DNA of 32,000 bases from Gemmata obscuriglobus (GTDB taxonomy: Bacteria > Planctomycetota > Planctomycetia > Gemmatales > Gemmataceae). Where the stretch lies: the NCBI RefSeq assembly GCF_008065095.1, contig NZ_CP042911.1:1050001-1082000 (forward strand), in the 5' to 3' direction. The position numbers and the translations under genes are program-made. The notes beneath the pieces were generated by a model that ran no database searches, had not been told where the DNA came from, and saw only the letters and a list, made by a program, of their open reading frames with translations. Numbering within the stretch: the first letter of the stretch is position 1; the number at the start of each line of letters is the position of its first letter. This document shows, piece by piece, positions 1-8,261 of the stretch.

Positions 1-716
1 GGCACCGGCCGGACGTACTTGTCATTGAGGTGCTGCCCGCGCTGCTCTCGGATGCGCCCGCGGGACCGATCGAGACGCGCGTGCTGACCGGCGACCGGCT
101 GGCGCGCGACGAAGTGGAACTGCTGGCCGGGTACGGGTTCCCCGCCGACCGGCTGCGCCGGCAGTGGCGGGAGGCCGCCGTACTGCCGGTCCACGCGCAC
201 CGGTTCAAGTTGGTCAGCCGGGTGGCGCCGGACGCGCTGCCGTGGTCGCTCCAGACCCAGGGCGGGCGCACCCCGGACCCGCACGGGTGGCGGCCGACGC
301 TCGTCGATCAGGTGGGCGACGAGGAGCGCGCCCGGCGAACGACGGACGCCGCGATCGAGTACCGTGAGGCGTTCGCGCACGAACTCCCGGCCGGTCCGGC
401 GGCGGCGGCCCTGCGCGACCTGCTCGCGCTGTGCCGCCGCGAGCGGCTACCGGTCGCGCTGGTGCTGTTCCCCGAGGGGACAACGTTCCGCGCGCTGTAC
501 GCGCCGGGCGCCGAGTTACGGTTGCAGCAGTTCCTGGCCGGGCTGAGCGCCGAGTTCGGCTGCCCGGTGACGGACGCGCGGGGGTGGGCCGCCGACGACC
601 AGTTCGTCGACGGCCACCACCTTTTGCGCCCCGGTGCGGACGCCTTCACGGACCGGCTCATCCACGACGCGCTGATCCCGCTACTGAAGTCCCAAGCGGT
701 CGGGGGGCACGAATGA
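1..716 (+). CDS. SGNH/GDSL-like hydrolase superfamily protein (DUF1574-like), paralog 1; 5' end lies outside the window
   Basis: Frame 3 is open from nt 3 (HRPDVLVIEVLPALLS...). That sequence aligns with the internal (A/R)PD(A/V)V(V/L)(I/L)E segment of the next two paralogs (paralog 4 has the weaker SPAAVLVEV), so the listed start at 30 is internal. Shares the C-terminal motifs PEGTTFRALY and DGHHLLRPGADAFTDRL with the three downstream genes. Stop TGA 714-716 overlaps the next ATG (ATGA). Confidence 0.8.
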   Translation, partial: HRPDVLVIEVLPALLSDAPAGPIETRVLTGDRLARDEVELLAGYGFPADRLRRQWREAAVLPVHAHRFKLVSRVAPDALPWSLQTQGGRTPDPHGWRPTLVDQVGDEERARRTTDAAIEYREAFAHELPAGPAAAALRDLLALCRRERLPVALVLFPEGTTFRALYAPGAELRLQQFLAGLSAEFGCPVTDARGWAADDQFVDGHHLLRPGADAFTDRLIHDALIPLLKSQAVGGHE

Positions 717-1843
717 CGGCCGCGCCGCCCAACACCCGATTCGCGTTCCGCACCCGCGGGGCTACCGCGCCGGGGCACCGGGAGCGGTCCAGTGCGGCGG
801 CGCTGGCGATCGGCTTCGTGGCGACCGTCGTCGTTCAGTTCGGGATCGGTCAGGCGGTTCGGAGCGCGCCGGAGGCGTTTTCCGACCCGCTGTACCACGA
901 CAAGCGCGAGCGGTTGCGGGCGCACCCGGCGGGCGCGCCGGCCGGGGCCGGACGGCCGTTCGCGCTGCTGTTCCTGGGCAGCTCACGCACCTACGACGCG
1001 GTCAACGCCGGCGCGGCGGCGGCCGCGCTCACACACGACCTCGGGCGCCCGGTGGCGGCGTTCGACTTCGCGACGTCCGGCGCCGGCCCGGTCACGCTCG
1101 CGCTGCACCTGCGCCGGTTGCTCGCCGACGGGGTGGCCCCGGACGCGGTGGTGATCGAGGTGCATCCGGCGTTTCTCGCGTCCCAGGTGTGGCCGCCGTT
1201 CGAGACGTGCTGGCTGCGGCCGATCCGGTTGCGCCCCGGCGAAACGTCACTGGCGCGCGACCTCGGCTTCCCGACCGACGCGCCGGGGGCGCACGGCCCC
1301 CGGGGGCGGTTGCTCGCCGGGTACGAGTACCGCACGCACCTGCTGGAGCGGTACTGCCCCGAGCTGTCCCCGCTCCCGTACCGGCTCACGAGCGGCCCCG
1401 AGACCGACCGGCACGGGTTCGTCCGCGTGCCGGACTTGCTGCCGCGCCAGCGCGAGCGGCTCCGCGCCTGGACCCGCGAGCAGTACGCCCCGTGCTGGAC
1501 CGGCTACAGCCCGGGCGGCTGCGCCCTGGCGGCGCTGCGCGACGCACTCGGCACGTGCCGCGCGGTCGGCGTTCGCACCGCCCTGCTCGTCACCCCGGAG
1601 TCCGCCGAGTTCCGGAACTGGTACGCGGAACCCGGACGGGCACGCATCGCGCCCCTGTTGAACGAACTCGCCCGCGAATTCGAGGCCCCCTTTGTGGACG
1701 CACGCGAGTGGCTCCCCGACGACCTGATTGCGGACGGTCACCATTTGACCGGAACCGGCGCGGACGTGTTTACCGAGCGGCTGGTGCGTGACGCGCTCGC
1801 GCCGTGGCTGCGCGCTCAAGAGGGGGCCAACCATGAGCGCTGA
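713..1843 (+). CDS. SGNH/GDSL-like hydrolase superfamily protein (DUF1574-like), paralog 2, N-terminal membrane anchor
   Basis: ATG at 713 overlaps the upstream stop. Has an N-terminal hydrophobic segment (AALAIGFVATVVVQFGIG). Block-I-like LFLGSSRT, PESAEFRNWY, and block-V-like ADGHHLTGTGADVFTERL near the C-terminus. The longer ORF from 431 would overlap gene 1 by 285 nt, so I prefer 713. Confidence 0.8.
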   Translation: MTAAPPNTRFAFRTRGATAPGHRERSSAAALAIGFVATVVVQFGIGQAVRSAPEAFSDPLYHDKRERLRAHPAGAPAGAGRPFALLFLGSSRTYDAVNAGAAAAALTHDLGRPVAAFDFATSGAGPVTLALHLRRLLADGVAPDAVVIEVHPAFLASQVWPPFETCWLRPIRLRPGETSLARDLGFPTDAPGAHGPRGRLLAGYEYRTHLLERYCPELSPLPYRLTSGPETDRHGFVRVPDLLPRQRERLRAWTREQYAPCWTGYSPGGCALAALRDALGTCRAVGVRTALLVTPESAEFRNWYAEPGRARIAPLLNELAREFEAPFVDAREWLPDDLIADGHHLTGTGADVFTERLVRDALAPWLRAQEGANHER

Positions 1844-3035
1844 ACCGTGCGAAACGGACCCGACCGCGGTTCCGGGCCGCCGTCCGCAGATCGGCGCGGC
1901 GGTCCGGTGGACCGGCCTTCGCCCGCGGGCGGTCCGGCTCCGGCTGGTGGGGCTGGTCCGCGCGCCCCGGTCCCGAACGGTTCGGGCGCCTCAGGCGCGG
2001 CGCGCCCGCGCCGCCGTCCTCTGGTTCGCGCTCGCGGTGCTGGTGACCAACGGCGCCGCCCTCGCGGCGCTGGACGCGCCTTGGCCCAACCTGCGCGACC
2101 CGGAGTACGGGTGGCGGGTCCGGCGGTTGCACGCCCGCGCCGCCGAGCACCCGGGGCGGCCGCTCGTGCTGGTCGTCGGCTCGTCGCGCACCGGGATGGG
2201 GGTGCGCCCGGCGGCCTGGGAGGCGGTCCGCCCCGGAACGGGTGACGACCCGCTCATATTCAACTTCGGCGCGGTCGGCGCCGGCCCGATACAGCAGCTC
2301 ATCGCGGTGCGGCGGCTGTACGCCGACGGGCTCCGCCCGGATGTCGTGCTGCTCGAGTACTGGCCGCCGCTGCTGCGCCAGGACGGCCAGTTCGCCGAGC
2401 AGCACCGCTCGTGGACCCGGTTGCGGTTCGACGACTGGCCCGTCATGCAGGATTACTTCCCAGAACCCGAGCAGACGCGGCGGTTGATGGTGTCATCGCG
2501 CGTAAACCCGATTGCCGGGAACCACGCCCGGTGGGCCGCGCTGGCGCTGCCGCGGCACCTGTTAGCGAACCGCCACGCGGACGTGGCGTGGCGCGACCTG
2601 GACCGCTGGGGGTGGCTCCCGGGGCCGGACGTCCGCCCGGACGATTCCAAAACCCGCGAGGGCTTTTTGAAGCACCACCGCGAGGACTACCGGCGCCACT
2701 TTGACGGCCACACGATTCACCCGGCCTCGGACCGTGCCCTCCGCGAAGCCGCCGGGCTGGCGCGGGCGCACGGTGCACGGGTCGGGTTGCTGTTCTTGCC
2801 CGAAGCGAGCGAGTTCCGAACCTGGTACCCGCCGGAGGTGGAGCGGAGCGGGCGCGAGCACCTCGTGACGCTCGCGCGGGACCTGGACGCCCCTGTGATC
2901 GACGCCCGCGAGTGGATGGGGGACGAGCTGATCGCCGACGGGCACCACCTGTCGCGGGTCGGTGCGGCGGCCTTTACCGAGCGGCTCGGCCCGGCGGTCG
3001 CCCGCGCGTTCCCGGCACCAGGAGGCGCACCGTGA
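1833..3035 (+). CDS. SGNH/GDSL-like hydrolase superfamily protein (DUF1574-like), paralog 3, N-terminal membrane anchor
   Basis: ATG 1833 is preceded by AGAGGGGG and overlaps the gene-2 stop (1841-1843) by 11 nt. TM segment AAVLWFALAVLVTNGAALAAL, then LRDPEYGWRV...PLVLVVGSSRT, PEASEFRTWY, ADGHHLSRVGAAAFTERL. Confidence 0.8.
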   Translation: MSAEPCETDPTAVPGRRPQIGAAVRWTGLRPRAVRLRLVGLVRAPRSRTVRAPQARRARAAVLWFALAVLVTNGAALAALDAPWPNLRDPEYGWRVRRLHARAAEHPGRPLVLVVGSSRTGMGVRPAAWEAVRPGTGDDPLIFNFGAVGAGPIQQLIAVRRLYADGLRPDVVLLEYWPPLLRQDGQFAEQHRSWTRLRFDDWPVMQDYFPEPEQTRRLMVSSRVNPIAGNHARWAALALPRHLLANRHADVAWRDLDRWGWLPGPDVRPDDSKTREGFLKHHREDYRRHFDGHTIHPASDRALREAAGLARAHGARVGLLFLPEASEFRTWYPPEVERSGREHLVTLARDLDAPVIDAREWMGDELIADGHHLSRVGAAAFTERLGPAVARAFPAPGGAP

Positions 3036-4162
3036 CGACCGACGCCCGTCTCAAAGGCCCTTGGGCACGCGCCCCGCGGTGGCTCCGGCGCCCCGACACG
3101 CCCCGACCGTTTTCGCCCGCGGCCCCGCGGCGCACCCGCGCCGTGCGCGCGCTCGGGTGGGGAGCGGCGGCGCTCCTTCTGGCGACTGCGGCGTTCTCCG
3201 GGGCGATCGAGACGGTTCTGCCGCAGGTGCGAGACCCGGAGTACGGGCACCGCGTGCTGCGCGCGCGGGCGCTCCAGCGCGCGCACCCGGACCGCCCGCT
3301 GGTGCTGGCGCTCGGCACCTCGCGGACGCAGAACGCGCTCGACGCCCGCGCGATGGAATTTCCGGACGCGCCCGGGGCGCCGCTGGTGTTCAACTTCGGG
3401 CTGTCGGGGGCGCGCCCGCCGAACCTGCGGCTCGCGCTCCAGCGGCTCCGGGCCGACGGCGTGAGCCCGGCGGCGGTGCTGGTCGAGGTGCTGCCCGGGA
3501 CGCTCGCGGTGAGCGGAGCGGCGGACCCGCTCGTGTTCGACACGGCCGACCGGCTGACCGCGGCCGACCCGGACCGCCTCGCCCCGTACCTCGCCTCCCC
3601 GGGGGCGCTGCGCCGCGAGTGGCTCGCGAAGCGGGCGAACCCGTGGGCCGCGCACCGGGTGGCGCTGCTGAGCCACTTCGCCCCCGAATGGCAGCCGTGG
3701 CAGGCACGCATCGACGCGATGTGGGAGCAACTCGACGACCGCGGGTTCGGGCGGTACCCCCACGGGAACGTTTCCGACGCCGACCGCGAGCGGCGCCGCG
3801 AGCGCGCCCACGAGGCGTACCGCGTGATCGAAGGCGACTTCCGGGTCAGCGAACTTTCGTACCGGTGCTTCCGTGATCTGGTCGCCGACTGCCGCGCCGC
3901 GGGGACGCCGGTGGCGTTCTTCCTGGCGCCCGAGTCGCCGGTGTTCAGGAGCTGGTACGGCCCGCAGGCGCGGGCGGAACTGGCGGCCTTCTGCCGGGTG
4001 CTGCGCGACGAGTTGGGGTGCCCGGTGTTCGACGCGCCCGATGGTTTTGCGGAGGACGATTTCGCCGACGGGCACCACATGCTCCCGGGCGCCGCCGCGC
4101 GGTTCAGCCGGCAACTGGCCGCCACGCACCTCCGCGCGTGGCTCGCAGAGGTGCTCAAGTAA
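3032..4162 (+). CDS. SGNH/GDSL-like hydrolase superfamily protein (DUF1574-like), paralog 4, N-terminal membrane anchor
   Basis: GTG 3032 overlaps the gene-3 stop (GTGA) and is preceded by CAGGAGG (3019-3025). TM segment ALGWGAAALLLATAAFSGAI, then VRDPEYGHRV...PLVLALGTSRT, PESPVFRSWY, ADGHHMLPGAAARFSRQL. Confidence 0.8.
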   Translation: MTTDARLKGPWARAPRWLRRPDTPRPFSPAAPRRTRAVRALGWGAAALLLATAAFSGAIETVLPQVRDPEYGHRVLRARALQRAHPDRPLVLALGTSRTQNALDARAMEFPDAPGAPLVFNFGLSGARPPNLRLALQRLRADGVSPAAVLVEVLPGTLAVSGAADPLVFDTADRLTAADPDRLAPYLASPGALRREWLAKRANPWAAHRVALLSHFAPEWQPWQARIDAMWEQLDDRGFGRYPHGNVSDADRERRRERAHEAYRVIEGDFRVSELSYRCFRDLVADCRAAGTPVAFFLAPESPVFRSWYGPQARAELAAFCRVLRDELGCPVFDAPDGFAEDDFADGHHMLPGAAARFSRQLAATHLRAWLAEVLK

Positions 4163-4176
4163 CGCCGCAGGCGCCG

Positions 4177-5067
4177 TTACTTCGCCTTCGGCAGTAGTTC
4201 GCGAGCCGTCAGCCAGTCGGAAAGCCGGTCGGGCCAGGTCCCGACCGACTTCTCCCCGCCGGTCCACTTCGGGTCGCTGCCCAAGCCGACGCCGTGCCGC
4301 CCCTTTTCGTAAATGTGCATCTCGACCGGTACGCCGGCCTTCTTGCACGCGAGGTAGAAGCGCACCGCGTTCTCCGGCACCACCGCCGTGTCCGCGCTGG
4401 TGTGGAAGATGAACGCCGGCGGCCCGTCTTTCTTGACCTGCTTCTCGTTGGAATACAGCTCGATCAGCTTGGCGTCGGGCTTGTCGCCGAGGAGGTTCTT
4501 GCGCGAGCCGCCGTGCGTCACCCCGTCCTCCATCGAGATCACCGGGTACGCCAGGATCGCGAAGTCCGGGCGGCAGCTCTCCTTCTCAACGTCGTAGCCG
4601 TTCTTAGGATCGCCCTTTTCATAGTGCGTGGCGGCGGTGCTCGCGAGGTGCCCGCCGGCGGAGAACCCCATGATCCCGACGCGGTGCGGGTCGATGCCGT
4701 AGTCCTTCGCCTTCGCGCGGACCAGCCGGAGCGCCCGCTGCGCGTCCAGGAGCGGCGCCTCACCGAGCGGCCCCGGCCGGTCCTTCGTCACGATCCGGTA
4801 CTTCAGCACGAACGCGGTCACGCCCTGTTTGACGAAGAACTCGGCGACCTGCTTCCCTTCGTGGTCGTTGGCGAGGAACCCGTACCCGCCGCCCGGGCAG
4901 ACGACGACCGCGGTGCCGTTCGGCTTCTCGGGACGGTACGCGGTCAGTTCGGGCTTGTCGGTGGGCGAGTCGCCGACCGCCAGGGGGGCTTTCCCGGGCC
5001 ACAGGGGGAACGTTTGCGGCGCCGGGTCGGCCGCGGCGGTCGCGGTCAGGAGCAGCAGGGGCAGCAT
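4177..5067 (-). CDS. secreted alpha/beta hydrolase (esterase/lipase type, carbohydrate-esterase-like)
   Basis: Signal-peptide-like N-terminus MLPLLLLTATAAADPAP from ATG 5067 (GGAG upstream). Oxyanion-type VVCPGGGYGF, nucleophile elbow GFSAGGH, C-terminal HGVGL histidine region. The ORF's upstream extension to 5130 has no signal-peptide logic. Confidence 0.85.
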   Translation of the reverse strand: MLPLLLLTATAAADPAPQTFPLWPGKAPLAVGDSPTDKPELTAYRPEKPNGTAVVVCPGGGYGFLANDHEGKQVAEFFVKQGVTAFVLKYRIVTKDRPGPLGEAPLLDAQRALRLVRAKAKDYGIDPHRVGIMGFSAGGHLASTAATHYEKGDPKNGYDVEKESCRPDFAILAYPVISMEDGVTHGGSRKNLLGDKPDAKLIELYSNEKQVKKDGPPAFIFHTSADTAVVPENAVRFYLACKKAGVPVEMHIYEKGRHGVGLGSDPKWTGGEKSVGTWPDRLSDWLTARELLPKAK

Positions 5068-5234
5068 GACGGACTCCGGATGGAGAAAAGAAGCGGTGCT
5101 GATGATACCCGGCGTCCGTGCAACCGCCACGCGCCGTTTTCGGTTACGTTCTCGCGGGGCGCAACCGAACTTTTTTCCGCACGGTTGAACCGTATACTAC
5201 CTGTGCCGCTCTAACGAAGCGGGCACGGTAACTC

Positions 5235-5643
5235 GGGGGCGATCTGGTATCGACCGGGTGTCGGAAGTGTTCGGTGGCGTGTCGTGGTTGATCAGCTGGC
5301 CACGTAAAAAGCCGATCAAAATTTAACTGCTGAACCGCAGTACTCCCTCGCGGCTTAAGTGCCGAGAGCCGTTCTGGCAGCTTCGCCTGAGAGGTGCTAG
5401 TCCGGACGCAAGTCAGGCTCGCGGGAACTCGAGGAGAGGGGACAACCACCCGATCCGCCTCGGCGGCCGTTCCTGCTAAAAAAATCTGGCCGATAGTTGT
5501 GTCGGGGTCCCGCTCGTAGGAACCCGGTAACAACGAACGTGCGGCGGCCCGTTAAACGGTGCGCCGCAGGAATATACGAGCTACACACGTAGATGCCGGC
5601 GCGGAAGCGCCTCGGGACCGGGGTTCGATTCCCCGCGCCTCCA
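5235..5643 (+). ncRNA. ssrA: tmRNA (transfer-messenger RNA)
   Basis: 5' GGGGGCGATCTGGTATCGAC and 3' GGGGTTCGATTCCCCGCGCCTCCA tRNA-like end. 5' GGGGGCG pairs with 3' CGCCTCC (one G-U pair) to form the acceptor stem. Internal GTAAAAAGCC... is followed by a tag reading frame ending CAG TAC TCC CTC GCG GCT TAA (..QYSLAA*, stop 5356-5358). CCA is not fully encoded. Confidence 0.9.
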
Positions 5644-5646
5644 CTC

Positions 5647-5680
5647 AAACGCCACTTGCGCACCCGCGCAAGTGGCGTTT
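5647..5680 (+). terminator. intrinsic terminator of ssrA
   Basis: Perfect 15-bp stem AAACGCCACTTGCGC / GCGCAAGTGGCGTTT with a 4-nt loop ACCC. Begins 4 nt after the tmRNA 3' end and is followed by TTTGTCATT. Confidence 0.65.
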
Positions 5681-5758
5681 GTCATTGGGTTCTCGCTGAT
5701 TCCGATTGTTCTGTACGTCACCCTTTTGCTCTGAACTGGTCTGAAGTCAGGCCGCTCT

Positions 5759-5873
5759 CAGTAGTTTCAAGTTTCACGTTCCAGGTTCCAAGTCGGAACT
5801 TGGCTCGTCAAAAAGCTCCGGCGAGTCGTGTCGCTCGTGACTCCACTTGGAACCTGGAACGTGAAACTACTGG
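5759..5873. mobile_element. MITE-like element whose termini match the IS remnant at 18825-19619
   Basis: Left end CAGTAGTTTCAAGTTTCACGTTCCAGGTTCCAAGT. The right end is its inverted copy ACTTGGAACCTGGAACGTGAAACTACTGG. The left arm carries a 5-nt AGTTT insertion (it reads GTTTCA-AGTTTCA). The first 15 nt CAGTAGTTTCAAGTT are identical to 18826-18840. No ORF inside. Confidence 0.5.
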
Positions 5874-5965
5874 GTACTGGAAGAACTAATGGCGACGGCC
5901 GCAGAAACGCAAACAGCCCCGGCACCGCCGGGGCTGTTCCGTCGTTGATAACCTTCACGCCGCCC

Positions 5966-7930
5966 TTACGGGCACGGGTTGCAGGTCGGCACGCACACCG
6001 GGACGTACCGCTTTACGCAGGTGGTCACCGTGTACGGCTCCATCGAGCAGGTGGTGTGCGGGACCATCCGGCAGTGGGTTTCGGGCACCACCTTGCAGGT
6101 GGTCACCGGCACGCAGCGGACCCGCTCCTCGCACACGTAGTTCACGCGGCACTGGCGGACCACCTGCTGCTTCTCCTCGCACACCCAGCGGCAGGTGGTC
6201 ACGGGCACGTGCCGCACGCACACCTCCGGCACCTTCTCCACCACGCACCGCGTCTCGTACCGCACGTGGTCCTCCTTCACCAGCCGGCACGTGGTGTAGC
6301 ACACCTGCCGGGTGATCGTCTCGGGGACCATCGTGCACGTCCGCTTGGTCACATAGCGGACGTGCTCTTCCTTCTCCCAGCGGCACGTCTTGTACGGGAT
6401 CTGGCACGTCTTCACCTCCGGCACCGAGTAGCACCGGGTGCGGGTCACCATCTTCACGTGCTGCTCGGGCACCATCCGGCAGGTGGTGTACGGCTGGTAG
6501 CGCACGTGGTGCTCCGGAACGGTGTAGCACCGGTACCGGGTCTCGGTACGGCTGCACTGCTCGGGCACCATCCGGCAGGTGGTGTACGGGACGCGCTGGA
6601 CGTGGTGCTCGGGCACCTTGTAGCAGCGGGTCCGGGTCTCGTACCGCACGTGCTGCTCCTTCACCAGCCGGCAGACGGTGCGGCTGCACGCCTTCATCTC
6701 CGTCTGGGCCACCTTGCGGCACACCGGCACCTGCACGGTGGTGCAGACCGGCTTGCACACCGTCTTGCACTCCTTCACCACGCGGCACTCTTCCGTCGGC
6801 ACCCACACCTTCTTGCACACCGTCCGGCCGGGGCACTGCACGGTCTCGTGCGTCAGGCAGCCCGGGACGTACCGGCTGGTGCAGGTGCAGGGGTCGAACA
6901 CGCACGTGCCCGGGGAGCGCACCGCGCGGGTCACCACGGGGCCGGGCACGTACTCCGTCACCGTCTCGTAGTGGCCGCCGCACACCTTCTCGACGCGCTC
7001 GGTGACCACCGGCTCGGTCACGTAGCTGACCCGCTGCTGGGTGACGTAATCGACCTCGGTGCGGTAGGTGGTGACGGGCACGTAGTACGTCTGCGTCTCG
7101 TACTCGGGCCGCACCGTGCAGTACGGGATGGCGACCTGGTACTGCTGCGTTTCCGTTCGCCAGGTGGTGTACGGGATCTCGCGCACGTGCTGCTCGTACA
7201 CCGGCCGCATCACCGTGTACGGGATCTCCACCTGGTACGGCTCGCGGACCGCGCGGTAGGTGGTGTACGGGATCTCGCGCACGTGCTGCTCGTACACCGG
7301 CCGGTTCACCGTGTACGTGACGGGCTCCTGGTAGTGCTCCACCACCGGGCGGTTGACCACGTAGCTGTGCGTGCGGACGTGGTGCTCCACCACCGGCTTC
7401 ATCACGCAGTACGGGACCGCGACCTGGTACTCGTTGACGACCGGCTTCATCACCGTGTGCGACACGTCGCGGACGTGTTGCTCGTACACCGGCCGGGTGG
7501 TGCAGTACGGGATCGCCACCTGGAAGCTGCGCGTCACCGGCTTCAGCACCGTGTACTGCTGCTCTTGCAGGTGCGTCTCGTGGACCGGGCGGTTCACCGT
7601 GTACGTGCGGACGGTGTCGAAGTGCTCGACGACCGGGCGCTGCACCGTGTACTTCTCGGTGGTGTAGTTGGTCTCTTGAACGGTCTTGTACGTCGTGTAC
7701 TGCTCGGCCCGGTACTCGGTCTTGTAGACCGGGCGGTAGCACACCTGCTGGTGCTGCTCGACGACCGGCTGGTACTGAACGGTGCTGGTCACGACCGGGG
7801 CGGCGCACTGGTCCGGGGTGACGCAGCCGCGCGGGTACCGGCACACGCCGCAGTGGCCCGCGAGGGCGGGGTCCGCCAGCCCCGCCAGGCCGCCCAGCGC
7901 GAGCAGCCACAGCCCGAGTTGCTTCCTCAT
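5966..7930 (-). CDS. secreted cysteine-rich repeat protein with YTV-type repeats (Planctomycete-specific repeat family)
   Basis: ATG 7930 gives the signal peptide MRKQLGLWLLALGGLAGLADPALA. The N-terminal half is made of PV(V/Y)E(Q/H)HV...(Y)TV units (EKYTVQRPV, RTYTVNRPV, VTYTVNRPV, IPYTVMRPV). The C-terminal half is made of Cys-rich TCR(M/L)V(P/K)E.HVRY units. The two other long ORFs covering this span are shadows. Confidence 0.85.
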   Translation of the reverse strand: MRKQLGLWLLALGGLAGLADPALAGHCGVCRYPRGCVTPDQCAAPVVTSTVQYQPVVEQHQQVCYRPVYKTEYRAEQYTTYKTVQETNYTTEKYTVQRPVVEHFDTVRTYTVNRPVHETHLQEQQYTVLKPVTRSFQVAIPYCTTRPVYEQHVRDVSHTVMKPVVNEYQVAVPYCVMKPVVEHHVRTHSYVVNRPVVEHYQEPVTYTVNRPVYEQHVREIPYTTYRAVREPYQVEIPYTVMRPVYEQHVREIPYTTWRTETQQYQVAIPYCTVRPEYETQTYYVPVTTYRTEVDYVTQQRVSYVTEPVVTERVEKVCGGHYETVTEYVPGPVVTRAVRSPGTCVFDPCTCTSRYVPGCLTHETVQCPGRTVCKKVWVPTEECRVVKECKTVCKPVCTTVQVPVCRKVAQTEMKACSRTVCRLVKEQHVRYETRTRCYKVPEHHVQRVPYTTCRMVPEQCSRTETRYRCYTVPEHHVRYQPYTTCRMVPEQHVKMVTRTRCYSVPEVKTCQIPYKTCRWEKEEHVRYVTKRTCTMVPETITRQVCYTTCRLVKEDHVRYETRCVVEKVPEVCVRHVPVTTCRWVCEEKQQVVRQCRVNYVCEERVRCVPVTTCKVVPETHCRMVPHTTCSMEPYTVTTCVKRYVPVCVPTCNPCP

Positions 7931-8261
7931 GGTGATTCCTGCGTCCCGGTGCAAATCCGTGATGAACGGGGCGACGAGCCGGCCCGCTGATGAGAAATGT
8001 GCATGACGTTGCGGCGTCACAACAGGCGGCTTGTGCGGTTCGTGCGCAGGTCGGCGCGTCCGGTAACGGCGGAACCCGCCCAAAGGCGCCAACCGGACCA
8101 GCTCGCGCGCTCCGCACAAGCGGCACAATGCGACGAGTCGCGCTATCCCCACCAAATTCGGGGCGGGCGGGTGGCGCGCGGCTCGCGATTGCTCAACACA
8201 CGACCGGCGGGAGCCGACCGGCGCACTCGGGGCTTCCGCCCCTCATTCGCCCCGGAGTATC

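Noticed and set aside
4160-4179. Short hairpin spanning both stop codons of the convergent genes (TAACGCCGCAGGCGCCGTTA)
   Set aside because: Only about 6 pairs (7 stem positions, one mismatched) with a minimal loop and no U-tract. Too weak to call a terminator.
2717-4348. 543-aa antisense ORF across SGNH paralogs 3 and 4. Similar long antisense or overlapping ORFs: 308-925, 1770-2405, 8193-9011, 9551-10891, 11693-13327, 13205-14833, 13459-14541, 16051-17247, 16853-18769, 20583-21794, 20920-21849, 27847-28974, 28878-30752, 31087-31941
   Set aside because: All are Arg/Pro/Gly/Ala-dominated and lack recognisable motifs. Each overlaps a motif-bearing gene on the other strand or frame. This is typical stop-codon-poor shadow reading frames in ~70% GC DNA.
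5644-5960. Possibility that the tmRNA 3' end is an integration site for a genomic island
   Set aside because: No integrase follows ssrA. I found no second copy of the tmRNA 3' end (GGTTCGATTCCCCGCGCCTCCA) elsewhere in the window. Only a 115-bp MITE-like element lies downstream.
5828-8126. Two ~720-aa ORFs (5828-7990 plus strand, 5955-8126 minus strand) overlapping the YTV-repeat gene
   Set aside because: Their translations are His/Leu/Arg/Gly/Pro-rich low-complexity strings with no signal peptide or motif. They are alternative-frame shadows of the repetitive high-GC gene 5966-7930, which alone has a signal peptide and coherent repeats.
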